Origin: an uncultured Luteolibacter sp.
Lineage (GTDB): Bacteria; Verrucomicrobiota; Verrucomicrobiia; Verrucomicrobiales; Akkermansiaceae
Assembly: GCA_964425095.1 (NCBI GenBank)
Contig: CAYRLT010000458.1
Location: forward strand, 1 to 39,252
Reading direction: 5' to 3'
Length of the DNA: 39,252 nt
Part shown: positions 16,933 to 30,147 of the stretch, piece by piece
How positions within the stretch are numbered: the first letter of the stretch is position 1
How the letters are laid out: each line of letters begins with the position of its first letter
Notes under the pieces: generated by a model
Databases searched by the model: none
What the model was told of the DNA's origin: nothing
What the model saw: the letters and a program-made list of their open reading frames with translations, nothing else
Translations under genes and position numbers: made by a program

Positions 16933-17676
16933 ATGGAATGTTGGTGCCTCCACGGAGCCGTCGGCATGGCGGCGGATTTCCGCGGATTTTCAAAACGACT
17001 CGCTGAAGCAAAAACCAGCTCGCGGGCGGTCGATTTGTGGCGATTTCTCGAATGCCAGCCGATGCCGCTTGAGGACTTCGGCCCGGCCCTCAACGCCGAG
17101 GCGGGCGGCGAGGTGCGCAACAACGGTCGGGCGTTGCTCGGTTACTCGATGGGTGGCCGGTTAGCCCTGCATGCGTTGTTAGAAAAAAACCACCCATGGC
17201 AGGCGGCGGTGATCATTTCCGCACATCCGGGTCTGGAATCCGCCGCTGAGCGCGAAACCCGCCGGGCCGCCGATGCCGCGTGGGCCAGCCAAGCACTGAT
17301 GGGAAATTGGCAGAAATTTCTGAATGCATGGAACGCCCAAGCAATCTTCGACGATCAAACGATCCGCAATTCGCAAGCGTCCGGCAGCCTCATCATGCGC
17401 CGCCGGGAAATCGCGCGGAGCTTCGTCGATTGGTCGCTCGGAACACAAGCACCACTCTGGGATCGACTCCATGAAATCACGATTCCCGTCCTGTGGGTGG
17501 TCGGAGAAAACGACACGAAATTTTGCGAGTTGGCCGAACGAGCGATCAGGGAAATCCCGCACGCAGCGCTGGCAGTCGCCCCGGGTGTCGGCCATCGCGT
17601 GCCGTGGTTGGCGGAAGAATGGCTGGCCAATCAGGTGACGCAATTTCTGCGCACCGGGGAATGCGCGCCGGATTAA
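16933..17676 (+). CDS. menH: Alpha/beta hydrolase, MenH (SHCHC synthase)-like
   Basis: LHG, nucleophile elbow GYSMGGR, SAHPGL..R...D..WA, PVLWVVGENDTKF and catalytic GH. Start chosen at ATG 16933. Confidence 0.65.
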   Translation: MECWCLHGAVGMAADFRGFSKRLAEAKTSSRAVDLWRFLECQPMPLEDFGPALNAEAGGEVRNNGRALLGYSMGGRLALHALLEKNHPWQAAVIISAHPGLESAAERETRRAADAAWASQALMGNWQKFLNAWNAQAIFDDQTIRNSQASGSLIMRRREIARSFVDWSLGTQAPLWDRLHEITIPVLWVVGENDTKFCELAERAIREIPHAALAVAPGVGHRVPWLAEEWLANQVTQFLRTGECAPD

Positions 17677-17728
17677 AAATCGGAAAATCAGTTGAAACGA
17701 AGCGCTTCACGGCCAAAGTCCCGCCGCG

Positions 17729-18034
17729 ATGACCCTGATGCGAATTCTACGTGCCTGCTCCCTGACCGAGGGCGTTTCTTACCTGCTTTTGCTACTGGTG
17801 GCGATGCCGCTGAAATACATCTGGGAATGGCCGCTCGCCGTGAAATACGTCGGTTGGGCGCATGGAGTGCTTTTCATGGCACTCGGCGCACTCGTTTTGC
17901 TGGCCATGGTGCGGGCTGCGTTGCCATTTAAAACCGCGTGTGCGGTAGGCGTGGCATCATTGCTCCCGGCCGGGCCATTTTTTACGGACCGCCTGCTACG
18001 GCGGCATGAGCGCGATCATGCGGAAATGCGCTGA
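17729..18034 (+). CDS. DUF3817-family small membrane protein
   Basis: EGVSYLLLLLVAMPLKY...GWAHGVLF...SLLPAGPF. Confidence 0.85.
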   Translation: MTLMRILRACSLTEGVSYLLLLLVAMPLKYIWEWPLAVKYVGWAHGVLFMALGALVLLAMVRAALPFKTACAVGVASLLPAGPFFTDRLLRRHERDHAEMR

Positions 18035-18189
18035 AGCCGCCCTCTCTCAGCGGCTGACCCGTGGCTCCACCCGCCCGTGATGGCAAGTCTCTGGCATTGT
18101 TCTAAAGCCAACCCTTTACAAGCGGGAAAATCCCTGCCAAACCCCGTCCAATTTAGCCGCTCTGACGCGTCGCGAACCTGCCTCTCACC

Positions 18190-21384
<3,195 letters not shown>

Positions 21385-21450
21385 ACGTGGCGGTGAATTT
21401 GAAGATATATTCACCGCCCATCGATCGTTTACTCTGCTTTCCCGCAATCG

Positions 21451-23883
21451 ATGAACAGGTGTTTCCCAGTCGTATCTGTCCTGTTAGCGCTCCCGCTCGG
21501 AGCCGCCGAGCCGCTCGCGTTCAACCGTGACATCCGGCCGATCCTCTCGGAAAACTGTTTCCATTGCCACGGTCAGGACCCGAAACACCGCGGCGGTGAT
21601 CTGCGCCTCGACCTCCGCGAGGAAGCCGTCGTAAACCGCGATGGTTCGACGGCCATCGTCCCCGGGAAGCCCGACCAAAGCGAAATCATCCAGCGCATCC
21701 TCTCGAAAGACCCGAAGTTCACCATGCCCCCGCCGGACGCGCACATGGCCGCTCTTCTGCCGGAACAAATCGAAACCCTAAAACGCTGGATCAAGGCCGG
21801 TGCCGCCTACGAACCCCATTGGGCCTTCGTTCCTCCGCGCAAATCCGCCGTCCCGGCCGGCTCCCAGCCGATCGATCATTTCATCGACCTGCGGCTCAAG
21901 GAGGAACGCATCAAGCCCAATTCCCCCGCTGCCGATGAAACCCTCGTCCGCAGATTGTTTCTTGATCTAACAGGCTTGCCGCCATCGCCCGCGGAGATCG
22001 ATTCCGTGCTGGCCGATGCCTCTGCCGCCCGCTGGGACGGATTGATTGCGCGCCTGATGGATTCCCCGCATTTCGCCGAGCGCATGGCCTTGCCCTGGCT
22101 CGACGGCGCGCGTTACTCGGACACTCACGGCTACTCGATCGACGACCACCGCGACATGTGGGCGTGGCGCGATTGGGTGATCCACTCCTTCGCCACCAAC
22201 CGGCCGTATGACCAGTTCGTTCTCGAACAAATCGCCGGCGACCTCATTCCCAACGCAACGCCCGACCAGAAAGCCGCCACCGGATTCCTGCGCAACAGCA
22301 TGAATACCCATGAAGGCGGCACCATCGCCGAGGAATACCGCGTGAACTACACCGTGGACAAGGTTGATACCGTTTCCACCTCCATCCTCGGGCTCACCAT
22401 GAAGTGCGCGCAATGCCACGACCACAAGTTCGACCCGATCTCACAGAAGGAATACTTCCGGATGTATGCCTTCTTCAACACATCGTCCGAACCGGGCAAA
22501 GGAGCCACCAACGAAAACACCGCACCGGTCATGGAATACAGGTCGCCCCTCGGCGATGGCGGTTTGGCCGGCCTCAAAGCCCGCCTCGCGGAACTTCGGC
22601 AGCACCGCCTGCACCCACTCGCGCCCGTGTTGGCGGCGCGCACGGCATGGGAAAAATCCGCGAAACCTGAACCCGGCCCACTCGCCGATGCCATAGCCAC
22701 TCACCCCGATCAACGCACGCCGGAACAATGGACGGCAATCAACGAGGCGTTCATGAAATCAAAGGATCTGCTCGCTGCGCGGATGCAGATCGCGATCAAA
22801 ACCATCGATGTGGAAATCAAGGTCATCGAGCGCGACATCAAACGCGGCAAGACCACCGTCATGGTCATGGATTACAAGCCCGCTCTTCGCAAAACCCACA
22901 TCCTTAACCGTGGGGCCTACGACCAACCTGGTGAGGAAGTCACACCCGGCGTGCCTGCCGCCATGCCACCACTCGCCGACGGAGCCGATCCCACCCGACT
23001 CGACCTTGCACAATGGATCGTCCGCCCCGACCACCCGCTCACCTCGCGCGTGATCGTCAACCGAGTCTGGCAGATGGTCTTCGGCCGCGGGCTGGTGGAA
23101 ACACCGGGCGACTTCGGCAACCAAGGGTCCTGGCCGACTCACCCAGAATTGTTAGACTGGCTGACCGTCGATCTGGTCGAACACCACTGGGACCTGCGGC
23201 ACACTCTCCGCACCATCCTCGCCTCGCAAACCTACCGCCGCTCGTCCATCACCACGCCGGAGCAGCGGGAAGCTGACCCGCGCAACCAATGGCTCGCCCG
23301 CTCTCCACGCACTCGGCTCGATGCGGAAATCCTGCGCGACCAAGCGCTCGCCATCAGCGGACTTCTCGACCGCGCCATCGGCGGTCCTGGCGTCCACCCG
23401 CCGCAGCCGGACCTGTGGAGCGAGATCAGCCACTTCGGCTACGAGCATCCGTTTACCGCCCAGGTCTTCCTTGGCAGCAGTGGTGCCTCCCAATTCCGCC
23501 GCAGCCTCTATACGTTCTGGAAACGCACGTCGCCGCCACCCGTGATGTCGATCTTCGACGCGCCGACCCGCGAAACCTGCGCCATCATCCGCAACAACAC
23601 CAATACACCTCTGCAGGCACTCGTCCTGCTCAACGAACCGCAGTTTGTCGAAGCCAGCAAAGCTCTCGGCCAGCGTATGCTCCGTGAAGGCGGCGGCACC
23701 CCCGAGTCGCGGATCACCCACGGATTCCGTCTCGCCACCGGCCGCAAGCCCACGGGCGCCGAACTCTCCGTTCTAACAAAATCAATTTTCCGCCAGATCG
23801 CCGACAACAAACCGGAAGCCGAAGCCTACGCCATGCTCGGCTCCACACTCATCAACCTCGACGAATCCATCAACCGGCCATGA
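21451..23883 (+). CDS. Planctomycete cytochrome c (PSCyt1) + DUF1549 + DUF1553 (PSD1) protein
   Basis: Signal peptide, FNRDIRPILSENCFHCH, CAQCHDHKFDPI, HPELLDWL and TNTPLQALVLLN. Confidence 0.9.
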   Translation: MNRCFPVVSVLLALPLGAAEPLAFNRDIRPILSENCFHCHGQDPKHRGGDLRLDLREEAVVNRDGSTAIVPGKPDQSEIIQRILSKDPKFTMPPPDAHMAALLPEQIETLKRWIKAGAAYEPHWAFVPPRKSAVPAGSQPIDHFIDLRLKEERIKPNSPAADETLVRRLFLDLTGLPPSPAEIDSVLADASAARWDGLIARLMDSPHFAERMALPWLDGARYSDTHGYSIDDHRDMWAWRDWVIHSFATNRPYDQFVLEQIAGDLIPNATPDQKAATGFLRNSMNTHEGGTIAEEYRVNYTVDKVDTVSTSILGLTMKCAQCHDHKFDPISQKEYFRMYAFFNTSSEPGKGATNENTAPVMEYRSPLGDGGLAGLKARLAELRQHRLHPLAPVLAARTAWEKSAKPEPGPLADAIATHPDQRTPEQWTAINEAFMKSKDLLAARMQIAIKTIDVEIKVIERDIKRGKTTVMVMDYKPALRKTHILNRGAYDQPGEEVTPGVPAAMPPLADGADPTRLDLAQWIVRPDHPLTSRVIVNRVWQMVFGRGLVETPGDFGNQGSWPTHPELLDWLTVDLVEHHWDLRHTLRTILASQTYRRSSITTPEQREADPRNQWLARSPRTRLDAEILRDQALAISGLLDRAIGGPGVHPPQPDLWSEISHFGYEHPFTAQVFLGSSGASQFRRSLYTFWKRTSPPPVMSIFDAPTRETCAIIRNNTNTPLQALVLLNEPQFVEASKALGQRMLREGGGTPESRITHGFRLATGRKPTGAELSVLTKSIFRQIADNKPEAEAYAMLGSTLINLDESINRP

Positions 23884-23889
23884 ACCCCA

Positions 23890-23937
23890 GTGGCTGGGAC
23901 TTGCAGTCCCAGTCCGTCGCGGGGACATCCTGTCCCC
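23890..23937 (+). repeat. Two REP-like palindromes
   Basis: GTGG-CTGGGACT-TGC-AGTCCCAG and GTCG-C-GGGGACA-TCC-TGTCCCC. Confidence 0.6.
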
Positions 23938-23961
23938 ACATCTTCCCTCCAAAAGATTTTC

Positions 23962-25398
23962 ATGAACCCTCTCGACTTCTATCACAACTCACAAACCCGC
24001 CGCAGCTTCCTCGGGCTGACGGGCCTTGGCCTCGGTGCCATCGCTGCGCGCGCGCTGCTCGCCGCCGATGCCCGGACTACCTCCGCTCCTCCACTCCGCA
24101 CCGCGCACTTCGCGCCGAAGGCGAAGCGCGTGATCTATCTGTTCCAATCCGGCGGCCCGTCCCACATCGATCTCTTCGATTACAAACCGCATCTCGAAAA
24201 AGTCCACGGTCAGGATTTGCCGGATTCCATTCGCCAGGGCCAGCGCCTGACGGGAATGACCTCGGATCAAAAAAACTTCCCGGTTTGCAAAAGCATCGCC
24301 GAATTCAAACAACGCGGAGCCAGCGGACAATGGATCAGCGACCTACTACCCTACACCACGGGCGTTGCCGATGAGATCACCGTCATCCGCTCGATGCACA
24401 CCGAGGCGATCAACCACGACCCCGGCATCACTTTCATCAACACTGGCTCGCAGTTTCCCGGCTCGCCCAGCATGGGATCATGGGTCTCCTACGGCCTTGG
24501 CAGCATGAATGAGAACCTGCCGTCCTACATCGTCCTAGTTTCCCAAGGCACCGGCAAAAACCCCGGCCAACCAATCTTTTCCCGCCTGTGGGGCAGCGGC
24601 TTCCTGCCGTCCAACCACCAAGGCGTGCAGTTCCGCAGCAGCAAGGATCCCGTCCTCTACCTCAACGACCCCGCAGGCATGACGCGCGCCGACCGCCGCT
24701 CGATGTTGGACGACCTCGGAAAACTCAACGAACTCCGTCATCACGAACTCGGCGACCCGGAAATCGCCACTCGTATCAGCCAATACGAAATGGCTTTCCG
24801 CATGCAGACTTCCGCGCCGGAACTCGCCGACCTCTCCGACGAGCCCGACTGGGTCTTCGACCTCTACGGCCCGGATTCCCGCCGTCCCGGCACCTATGCC
24901 TACAATTGCCTGCTCGCCCGCCGCATGGCCGAACGCGGTGTCCGCTTCACCCAACTCTTCCACCGCGGCTGGGACCAACACCTCGAACTCAAGAATCACC
25001 TCGCCAACCAGTGCCGCGATACCGACCAGGCCACCGCCGCGCTCATCACCGACCTCAAGCAGCGTGGTTTATTAGAAGACACGCTCGTCATCTGGGGCGG
25101 CGAATTCGGCCGCACGGTCTACAGCCAGGGCGCCCTTGGTTCCGGACGCGACCACCACGGCCGCTGCTTCTCGATGTGGCTCGCCGGTGGCGGTGTGAAA
25201 GGCGGTGCCAGCTACGGCATCACCGACGACTACTCCTACAACATCGTCGAAAACCCCGTCCACATCCGCGACCTCAACGCCACCATCCTCCACTGCCTCG
25301 GCATGGATCACAACCGCTTCACCTTTCGCTTCCAAGGCCTCAACCAGAAACTCACCGGTGTCCTCCCCGCGAAGGTGATAGACAAGGTCCTAGCGTGA
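23962..25398 (+). CDS. DUF1501 (sulfatase-like) protein with Tat-like signal
   Basis: ATG 23962. TRRSFL twin-arginine motif; [31 protein letters not shown] and GRDHH. Usual partner of DUF1549/DUF1553. Confidence 0.9.
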   Translation: MNPLDFYHNSQTRRSFLGLTGLGLGAIAARALLAADARTTSAPPLRTAHFAPKAKRVIYLFQSGGPSHIDLFDYKPHLEKVHGQDLPDSIRQGQRLTGMTSDQKNFPVCKSIAEFKQRGASGQWISDLLPYTTGVADEITVIRSMHTEAINHDPGITFINTGSQFPGSPSMGSWVSYGLGSMNENLPSYIVLVSQGTGKNPGQPIFSRLWGSGFLPSNHQGVQFRSSKDPVLYLNDPAGMTRADRRSMLDDLGKLNELRHHELGDPEIATRISQYEMAFRMQTSAPELADLSDEPDWVFDLYGPDSRRPGTYAYNCLLARRMAERGVRFTQLFHRGWDQHLELKNHLANQCRDTDQATAALITDLKQRGLLEDTLVIWGGEFGRTVYSQGALGSGRDHHGRCFSMWLAGGGVKGGASYGITDDYSYNIVENPVHIRDLNATILHCLGMDHNRFTFRFQGLNQKLTGVLPAKVIDKVLA

Positions 25399-25419
25399 TT
25401 TCTGGCTTCAGAAGCCACC

Positions 25420-25441
25420 GTGGCGCGGGCATCCTGCCCGC
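25420..25441 (+). repeat. REP-like palindrome
   Basis: GTGG-C-GCGGGCA-TCC-TGCCCGC, same architecture as 23916-23937. Confidence 0.6.
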
Positions 25442-25600
25442 AGCCTTTCTTCACCTCGGACTCGAGGCTGATATCATCCGACTTCAGGAGGTTCGATCCT
25501 GCATCCGACCCAGGCCCGCAGACCGCAAGGATTGGCCGGTTCACGAAATCCTCACACAGTTCGCATCATCCGCTCACAATGCGCGGTGATGCTCTGCGCC

Positions 25601-26365
25601 ATGAAGCTTCGCCAACTGATCCAGCCGGACGACGACTGGCTCGATGCCCCCACTCCCCGGCGGGTGTTGCGGGTGGCGCTGGCCGCCTGCGCCGGGTTGG
25701 CGGTTTATGGCTTCACCGTCGGCTATTGGCGTGACCCGTTGATGGGCGTGTATGTGGCGGTGAAACTTCCGTTGCTCGTCGCGCTGACGCTGATTTGCAA
25801 CGGGCTGCTCAATGGCCTGTTGGGATTACTGCTCGGCACCGGCCTGGGTTTCCGCCAATCCCTGCTCGCGCTGCTCAGCGCCTTCGCCTTGGCCGGGTTG
25901 ATCCTTGGCTCGCTGGCACCGGTCACATTTCTGCTGGCATGGAATGCGCCGACGCCGGATTCACCCGGCGCATCATCCGCGCACGCCGCCTATCTGGTCT
26001 CGCACACCTTGCTCATCGGCTTTGCCGGGATCGCCGCGAATATCCACCTCCACCGCTTGCTCGCCGCGAAATCTCCCACGCCAGCTGCGGCCACCGCCAC
26101 CTTGCTCGCATGGCTCGGTGGCAATGGATTTCTGGGCGCGCAGTTCTCATGGATTCTCCGCCCATTCTTCGGCACTCCAACGCTGGAAGTTCAATTCCTC
26201 CGACCCGACCCCATGCGTGGTAATTTCTATCAGACTGTCTGGAATTCCATTGATCGCATCACCGGCGGATTCGGAATCCCCGCACTCATGTTGATCCTCC
26301 TTCTCCTCGCCATTCCCATCGCAAAAGCCATCCAAAATAACCACCGAACCAACCCAAAACCATGA
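25601..26365 (+). CDS. Multi-pass membrane protein, paralog A
   Basis: About 6 hydrophobic segments; motifs VAVKLPLL and GAQFSWILRPFFG. Overlaps the next gene (ATGA). Confidence 0.78.
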   Translation: MKLRQLIQPDDDWLDAPTPRRVLRVALAACAGLAVYGFTVGYWRDPLMGVYVAVKLPLLVALTLICNGLLNGLLGLLLGTGLGFRQSLLALLSAFALAGLILGSLAPVTFLLAWNAPTPDSPGASSAHAAYLVSHTLLIGFAGIAANIHLHRLLAAKSPTPAAATATLLAWLGGNGFLGAQFSWILRPFFGTPTLEVQFLRPDPMRGNFYQTVWNSIDRITGGFGIPALMLILLLLAIPIAKAIQNNHRTNPKP

Positions 26366-27144
26366 ATCCACAAGACACACCCACCGCCCACCAACCGCCA
26401 CCACTCGAAGCCCCGCTGCCGGAAAACCTCGACCTGAAATCCTTGTTCGAAGCCCTGCTCCGACGACCGCAGGCCCTTGTTGCCCGCCTCGCAGACGGCA
26501 ACCACGGCGCGACCGAGCGCTTCGCCGCGATGGCCTTGGTTTCCTTCCTGCTCTTCGGCTTCGTGCTCGGCTGCTTCGCCAAGCATGAACAACTCTGGGC
26601 CGCACCTGCAAAAATCGTGGCCGGATTGTTGTTCTCGGGCGTGATCTGTTTTCCAAGTTTATATATCTTCTCCACCCTTGCCGGCGCACGGGTTTCCATC
26701 TCCCAACTTGCCGCCTGCCTTGCCGGCGCACTGGCACTCGCCGGATTACTTCTGTTAGGATTTGCGCCCGCCGTGTGGATCTTCGCGGAATCCACCGATT
26801 CATTCGGCTTCATGGGCACGCTCGGAGTTGGCGCTTGGATCATTGCCGTGGTGTTCGCGCTGCGATTCCTCAAATCGGTCGTATTCGCCACTGGCGGCAC
26901 CCAGAAAGGCCCCTTGACGATCTGGAGCGCTGTATTTTTGTTAGTCACACTGCAAATGACCACCTCGCTGCGCCCGATCCTCGGCCGATCGGATGTGCTG
27001 CTCACTCAGGACAAGAAGTTCTTCCTGCAACATTGGGGTGATCAATTTGGAAAATCCCTGACCACCTCCTCCAGCAAAACATCACCGCCCGCCCCCACCG
27101 AAGCCGCGCCATCCCGCGGCGGTCGGAATCCCTACAACGAGTGA
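26362..27144 (+). CDS. Multi-pass membrane protein, paralog B
   Basis: About 5 hydrophobic segments; motifs APAKIVAGL, ICFPSLYIF and LQMTTSLRPILG. Confidence 0.8.
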   Translation: MNPQDTPTAHQPPPLEAPLPENLDLKSLFEALLRRPQALVARLADGNHGATERFAAMALVSFLLFGFVLGCFAKHEQLWAAPAKIVAGLLFSGVICFPSLYIFSTLAGARVSISQLAACLAGALALAGLLLLGFAPAVWIFAESTDSFGFMGTLGVGAWIIAVVFALRFLKSVVFATGGTQKGPLTIWSAVFLLVTLQMTTSLRPILGRSDVLLTQDKKFFLQHWGDQFGKSLTTSSSKTSPPAPTEAAPSRGGRNPYNE

Positions 27145-27147
27145 CTC

Positions 27148-27225
27148 ATGAAAACCAAGGAAGCACCTCCCCCTCCTCCTGAGCCCGATCCCGAGTTTCT
27201 GGAGTGGCTCAAGGAATTGTTATAA
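27148..27225 (+). CDS. Putative 25-aa small protein MKTKEAPPPPPEPDPEFLEWLKELL
   Basis: ATG 3 nt after the upstream TGA (27144), TAA at 27223-27225. Poly-Pro linker plus amphipathic helix. Below the ORF-track length cutoff. Confidence 0.45.
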   Translation: MKTKEAPPPPPEPDPEFLEWLKELL

Positions 27226-27274
27226 CCTGCGGATTTCCGCTTGCGGAAGCGTGTCCATGGCGGATGTTCCAGCC

Positions 27275-27889
27275 ATGAGAAATCCACTGCGTGTGCTATC
27301 TTGCCTGCTCGTCACTCTGCTGCCCACCATGGCCGAGCCTCCTTCGAAAGGCGGAGCGAAAAAACCCGCCGCCCCGGATGCCGCGCCCGCCTACAAAGAG
27401 GAATCACCCTTGCCCAAGGGCTGGCCCGAGCCCGGCCCATACAATCAGGTCACAAGAAAAAAATACCCTGCCTATCGCGCGGCATTCACTCCGGACGCCA
27501 GTCCTAACAGCGGATTCCGACGGCTTTTCAAACATATTTCTCGAAACAAGATCCCGATGACATCGCCCGTCGAGATGAAACTCGATGACTCCAAATCCGA
27601 ATCCATGGACATGGAGGAAATGGCGTTTCTCTATCAGTCACCGGAGGTCGGCAAAACCGGCGGCGATGGCGAACTAGTCGAGGTGCGAGACATGCCCGCA
27701 GTGGAGACTCTCAGTTATGCCTGGCAGGGCCCGCGAAACAAGGAAACCACCGCCAAGGCGCGGGCGGCGATTGAAACCGAACTCGCAAAACAAAATCTCA
27801 AGGCCGCCGGCTTCCGTCTTTTCGGCTACAACAGTCCCTTCATACCGCGCTCGAAACAAACCCACGAACTGCAAGCATTGCTCAAATAG
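27275..27889 (+). CDS. SOUL heme-binding-family protein, secreted
   Basis: Signal peptide; motifs KYPAYRAA, FRRLFKHI, IPMTSPV, MAFLY and GYNSPF. Confidence 0.75.
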   Translation: MRNPLRVLSCLLVTLLPTMAEPPSKGGAKKPAAPDAAPAYKEESPLPKGWPEPGPYNQVTRKKYPAYRAAFTPDASPNSGFRRLFKHISRNKIPMTSPVEMKLDDSKSESMDMEEMAFLYQSPEVGKTGGDGELVEVRDMPAVETLSYAWQGPRNKETTAKARAAIETELAKQNLKAAGFRLFGYNSPFIPRSKQTHELQALLK

Positions 27890-28021
27890 CCTGCGAATTC
27901 TCCTGTTGAGGGCGATCTCCCTGTCGATGGCGCGCCCCTCAGCCACCGCAGTGAATTCGATTATTGGAAAAGCCGCTGAAAATTGGAGTGGCGTTAGTCC
28001 CGATAAATTCGCTAAGAAGAA

Positions 28022-28594
28022 ATGCGTATGATCCATTGGTGGCATTCTCTTAGCAACGCATCCCAGGTTTTTTGGGGGATCGCGATCGCCGCAAGCATTT
28101 TCCAAGTGCTTATGTTCATCGGATCGTTGTTCACTTCCCACGATCTCGATCATTCATCGGACACCGATGGCGGCCATTCCGGTGAAGCTCTCAAACTCCT
28201 CTCGCTGCGTGGCATCGTCGCTTTCCTCGTCGGCTTCGGTTGGACTGGCGGATTGTTTCTCGCCAAGGGGCTTTCGATCCTTTTGGTCATCCTGATTTCC
28301 ATCGCCGCCGGCATCGTATTCATGGGCGTAATCCTGCTCATCATGAGATTGCTCATGTCGCTGAGAGCGGACGGCACCCTAGACTACACCAATGCCATCG
28401 GGCAGACCGGTCATGCCTATATCACAATCCCCGCACGCCGCGCCGGCCAAGGCCAAGTGGAAGTCATGATCCAAGGACGTTTGGTGACCGCCCATGCCAT
28501 CACCGACAATTACCAGCCAATCGTGCCGCAGACGGAAGTGGTCGTCCTCGCCGTCGAATGCGGAACCTTGCTCGTCGTTTCCCCAAAATTCTGA
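28022..28594 (+). CDS. NfeD-like (YqiJ/YuaF-type) membrane protein, flotillin partner
   Basis: N-terminal TM segments, AFLVGFGWTG, and C-terminal OB fold (AIGQTGHAYITIP...GQVEVMIQG). Directly upstream of an SPFH gene. Start may be 28028. Confidence 0.85.
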   Translation: MRMIHWWHSLSNASQVFWGIAIAASIFQVLMFIGSLFTSHDLDHSSDTDGGHSGEALKLLSLRGIVAFLVGFGWTGGLFLAKGLSILLVILISIAAGIVFMGVILLIMRLLMSLRADGTLDYTNAIGQTGHAYITIPARRAGQGQVEVMIQGRLVTAHAITDNYQPIVPQTEVVVLAVECGTLLVVSPKF

Positions 28595-28616
28595 ATTTAC
28601 CTAACGAAATACAACC

Positions 28617-30101
28617 ATGGAAATCATCATTCTAATCGCCATCCTCGCCTTTCTGGCGTTCGGAACATTGATCTTTATCGCCAGTCGTTACCGCCGCTGC
28701 CCATCGGACCGCATCCTTGTGGTTTACGGAAAAGTGGGCGGGCAGAAATCCGCCAATTGTTTCCACGGTGGCGCGTGCTTCGTCTGGCCTGTGATTCAGG
28801 ATTACTCCTACCTGAGCCTTACGCCGATCCCGATTGATATCCAATTGCGCGGCGCTCTCTCGCAGCAAAACATCCGCGTTAACACCCCGTCCACCTTCAC
28901 CGTCGGCATCAGCACCGAGCCGGGCGTGATGGAAAACGCCGCTGAACGACTTCTCGGGCAGAACATGGAGCAAATCCAGGAACTCGCCAAAGATATCATC
29001 TTCGGCCAGATGCGCGTGGTCATCGCCACGATGCCCATCGAGGAAATCAATGCCGACCGCGACAAGCTCATCGCCAACATCGCCAACGGCGTCGAAGTCG
29101 AGCTTCGCAAAGTCGGACTGCGCCTCATCAACGTCAACGTTCAAGACATCACCGACGAGTCCGGCTATATCGACGCGCTCGGGCGTGAGGCGGCCGCCCG
29201 CGCCATCAGCGAGGCAAAGGTGAAGGTTTCCCAACAAGAGCGCGATGGTGACATCGGTGCCGCCGAAGCCGATCGTGAAAAGCGCATCTGCGTGGCGGCC
29301 GCTCAGGCGAATGCAGTGCAGGGTGAGAACGAGGCAGCCGTGCAAATGGCGAATTCCCATTCATCGCGACGCGAGCGCGAGGCGGAAGCACAGCGCCTCG
29401 CCACCGCCGCGGAAAAAGTAGCGGAAGCAAAAGCCTTGGAAGAAGCGTATGCCGCCGAGGAATCCGCCGAGCGTCAACGCGCCAAACGCGATGAAGCGAG
29501 TCAGATGGCGAGCATCATCGTCGAGGCGGAAATTCAGAAAAAGAAAATCGAGGTGCTTGCCGAAGCCGAGAAAATCCGTGTCCGGCTCACTGCCGAGGCG
29601 GAGCGCTTGAAAATCGAACTCCAAGCGGAGGCGGAGAAACGCCGCATCGAACTAACAGCCGAAGGTGATGGAGCGCGCCAACGCCTAACTCAACAAGGTG
29701 AAGCTGATGGTTTAAGGGCGGTCATGGAGGCACAAGCCGCCGGCACGCTCGCCCAGCTTCAAGCCCGGGCCGATGGTTTCCGCGCGATCGTCGCCGCAGC
29801 CGGTGGTGCCGAACAAGCAGCACGCTTGATGGTCACGGAACAACTTCCCAAGCTGGTGGAAGAACAAGTGAAAGCGGTCTCCAATCTCAAGATCGACAAG
29901 GTCACCGTGTGGGACAGCGGCGCGGGTGCGGGTGGTAAATCCAGCACTGCGGGCTTCCTCTCAGGCCTCGTCGGCTCGTTACCGCCGATCCACGAGCTGG
30001 CGCGCAGCGCCGGAGTCGAGCTTCCCGCCTACCTCGGCAGTCCATCCACGCCACCGACCCCGAAAAGTCACGCGACCCATCCTGACAAGACTGAAAGCTG
30101 A
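28617..30101 (+). CDS. Flotillin-like SPFH-domain protein
   Basis: N-terminal TM, RYRRCPSDRILVVYG, FVWPVIQDY, GLRLINVNVQDITD, AEA-rich coiled coil and IDKVTVWDSG. Confidence 0.92.
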   Translation: MEIIILIAILAFLAFGTLIFIASRYRRCPSDRILVVYGKVGGQKSANCFHGGACFVWPVIQDYSYLSLTPIPIDIQLRGALSQQNIRVNTPSTFTVGISTEPGVMENAAERLLGQNMEQIQELAKDIIFGQMRVVIATMPIEEINADRDKLIANIANGVEVELRKVGLRLINVNVQDITDESGYIDALGREAAARAISEAKVKVSQQERDGDIGAAEADREKRICVAAAQANAVQGENEAAVQMANSHSSRREREAEAQRLATAAEKVAEAKALEEAYAAEESAERQRAKRDEASQMASIIVEAEIQKKKIEVLAEAEKIRVRLTAEAERLKIELQAEAEKRRIELTAEGDGARQRLTQQGEADGLRAVMEAQAAGTLAQLQARADGFRAIVAAAGGAEQAARLMVTEQLPKLVEEQVKAVSNLKIDKVTVWDSGAGAGGKSSTAGFLSGLVGSLPPIHELARSAGVELPAYLGSPSTPPTPKSHATHPDKTES

Positions 30102-30147
30102 TCCTCCGACCTTTGGGGTGGTTGATGCATGAAGGTCATCGTGTGAC

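Noticed and set aside
18035-18189. Riboswitch or attenuator upstream of carB
   Set aside because: Only a short hairpin (AGCCGC/GCGGCT) after the upstream stop; no recognisable PyrR or riboswitch motif.
25485-25501. tRNA T-arm-like GGTTCGATCC as a tRNA remnant or att site
   Set aside because: The stem register does not fit a T arm, and no acceptor or anticodon arms are present.
24588-25589. 333-aa Arg/Pro-rich ORF overlapping DUF1501
   Set aside because: Alternate-frame product of GC-rich codons. The DUF1501 frame is intact, so no frameshift is needed.
29520-29720. 11-residue AEAE(K/R) repeats in flotillin
   Set aside because: Normal flotillin coiled-coil repeats.
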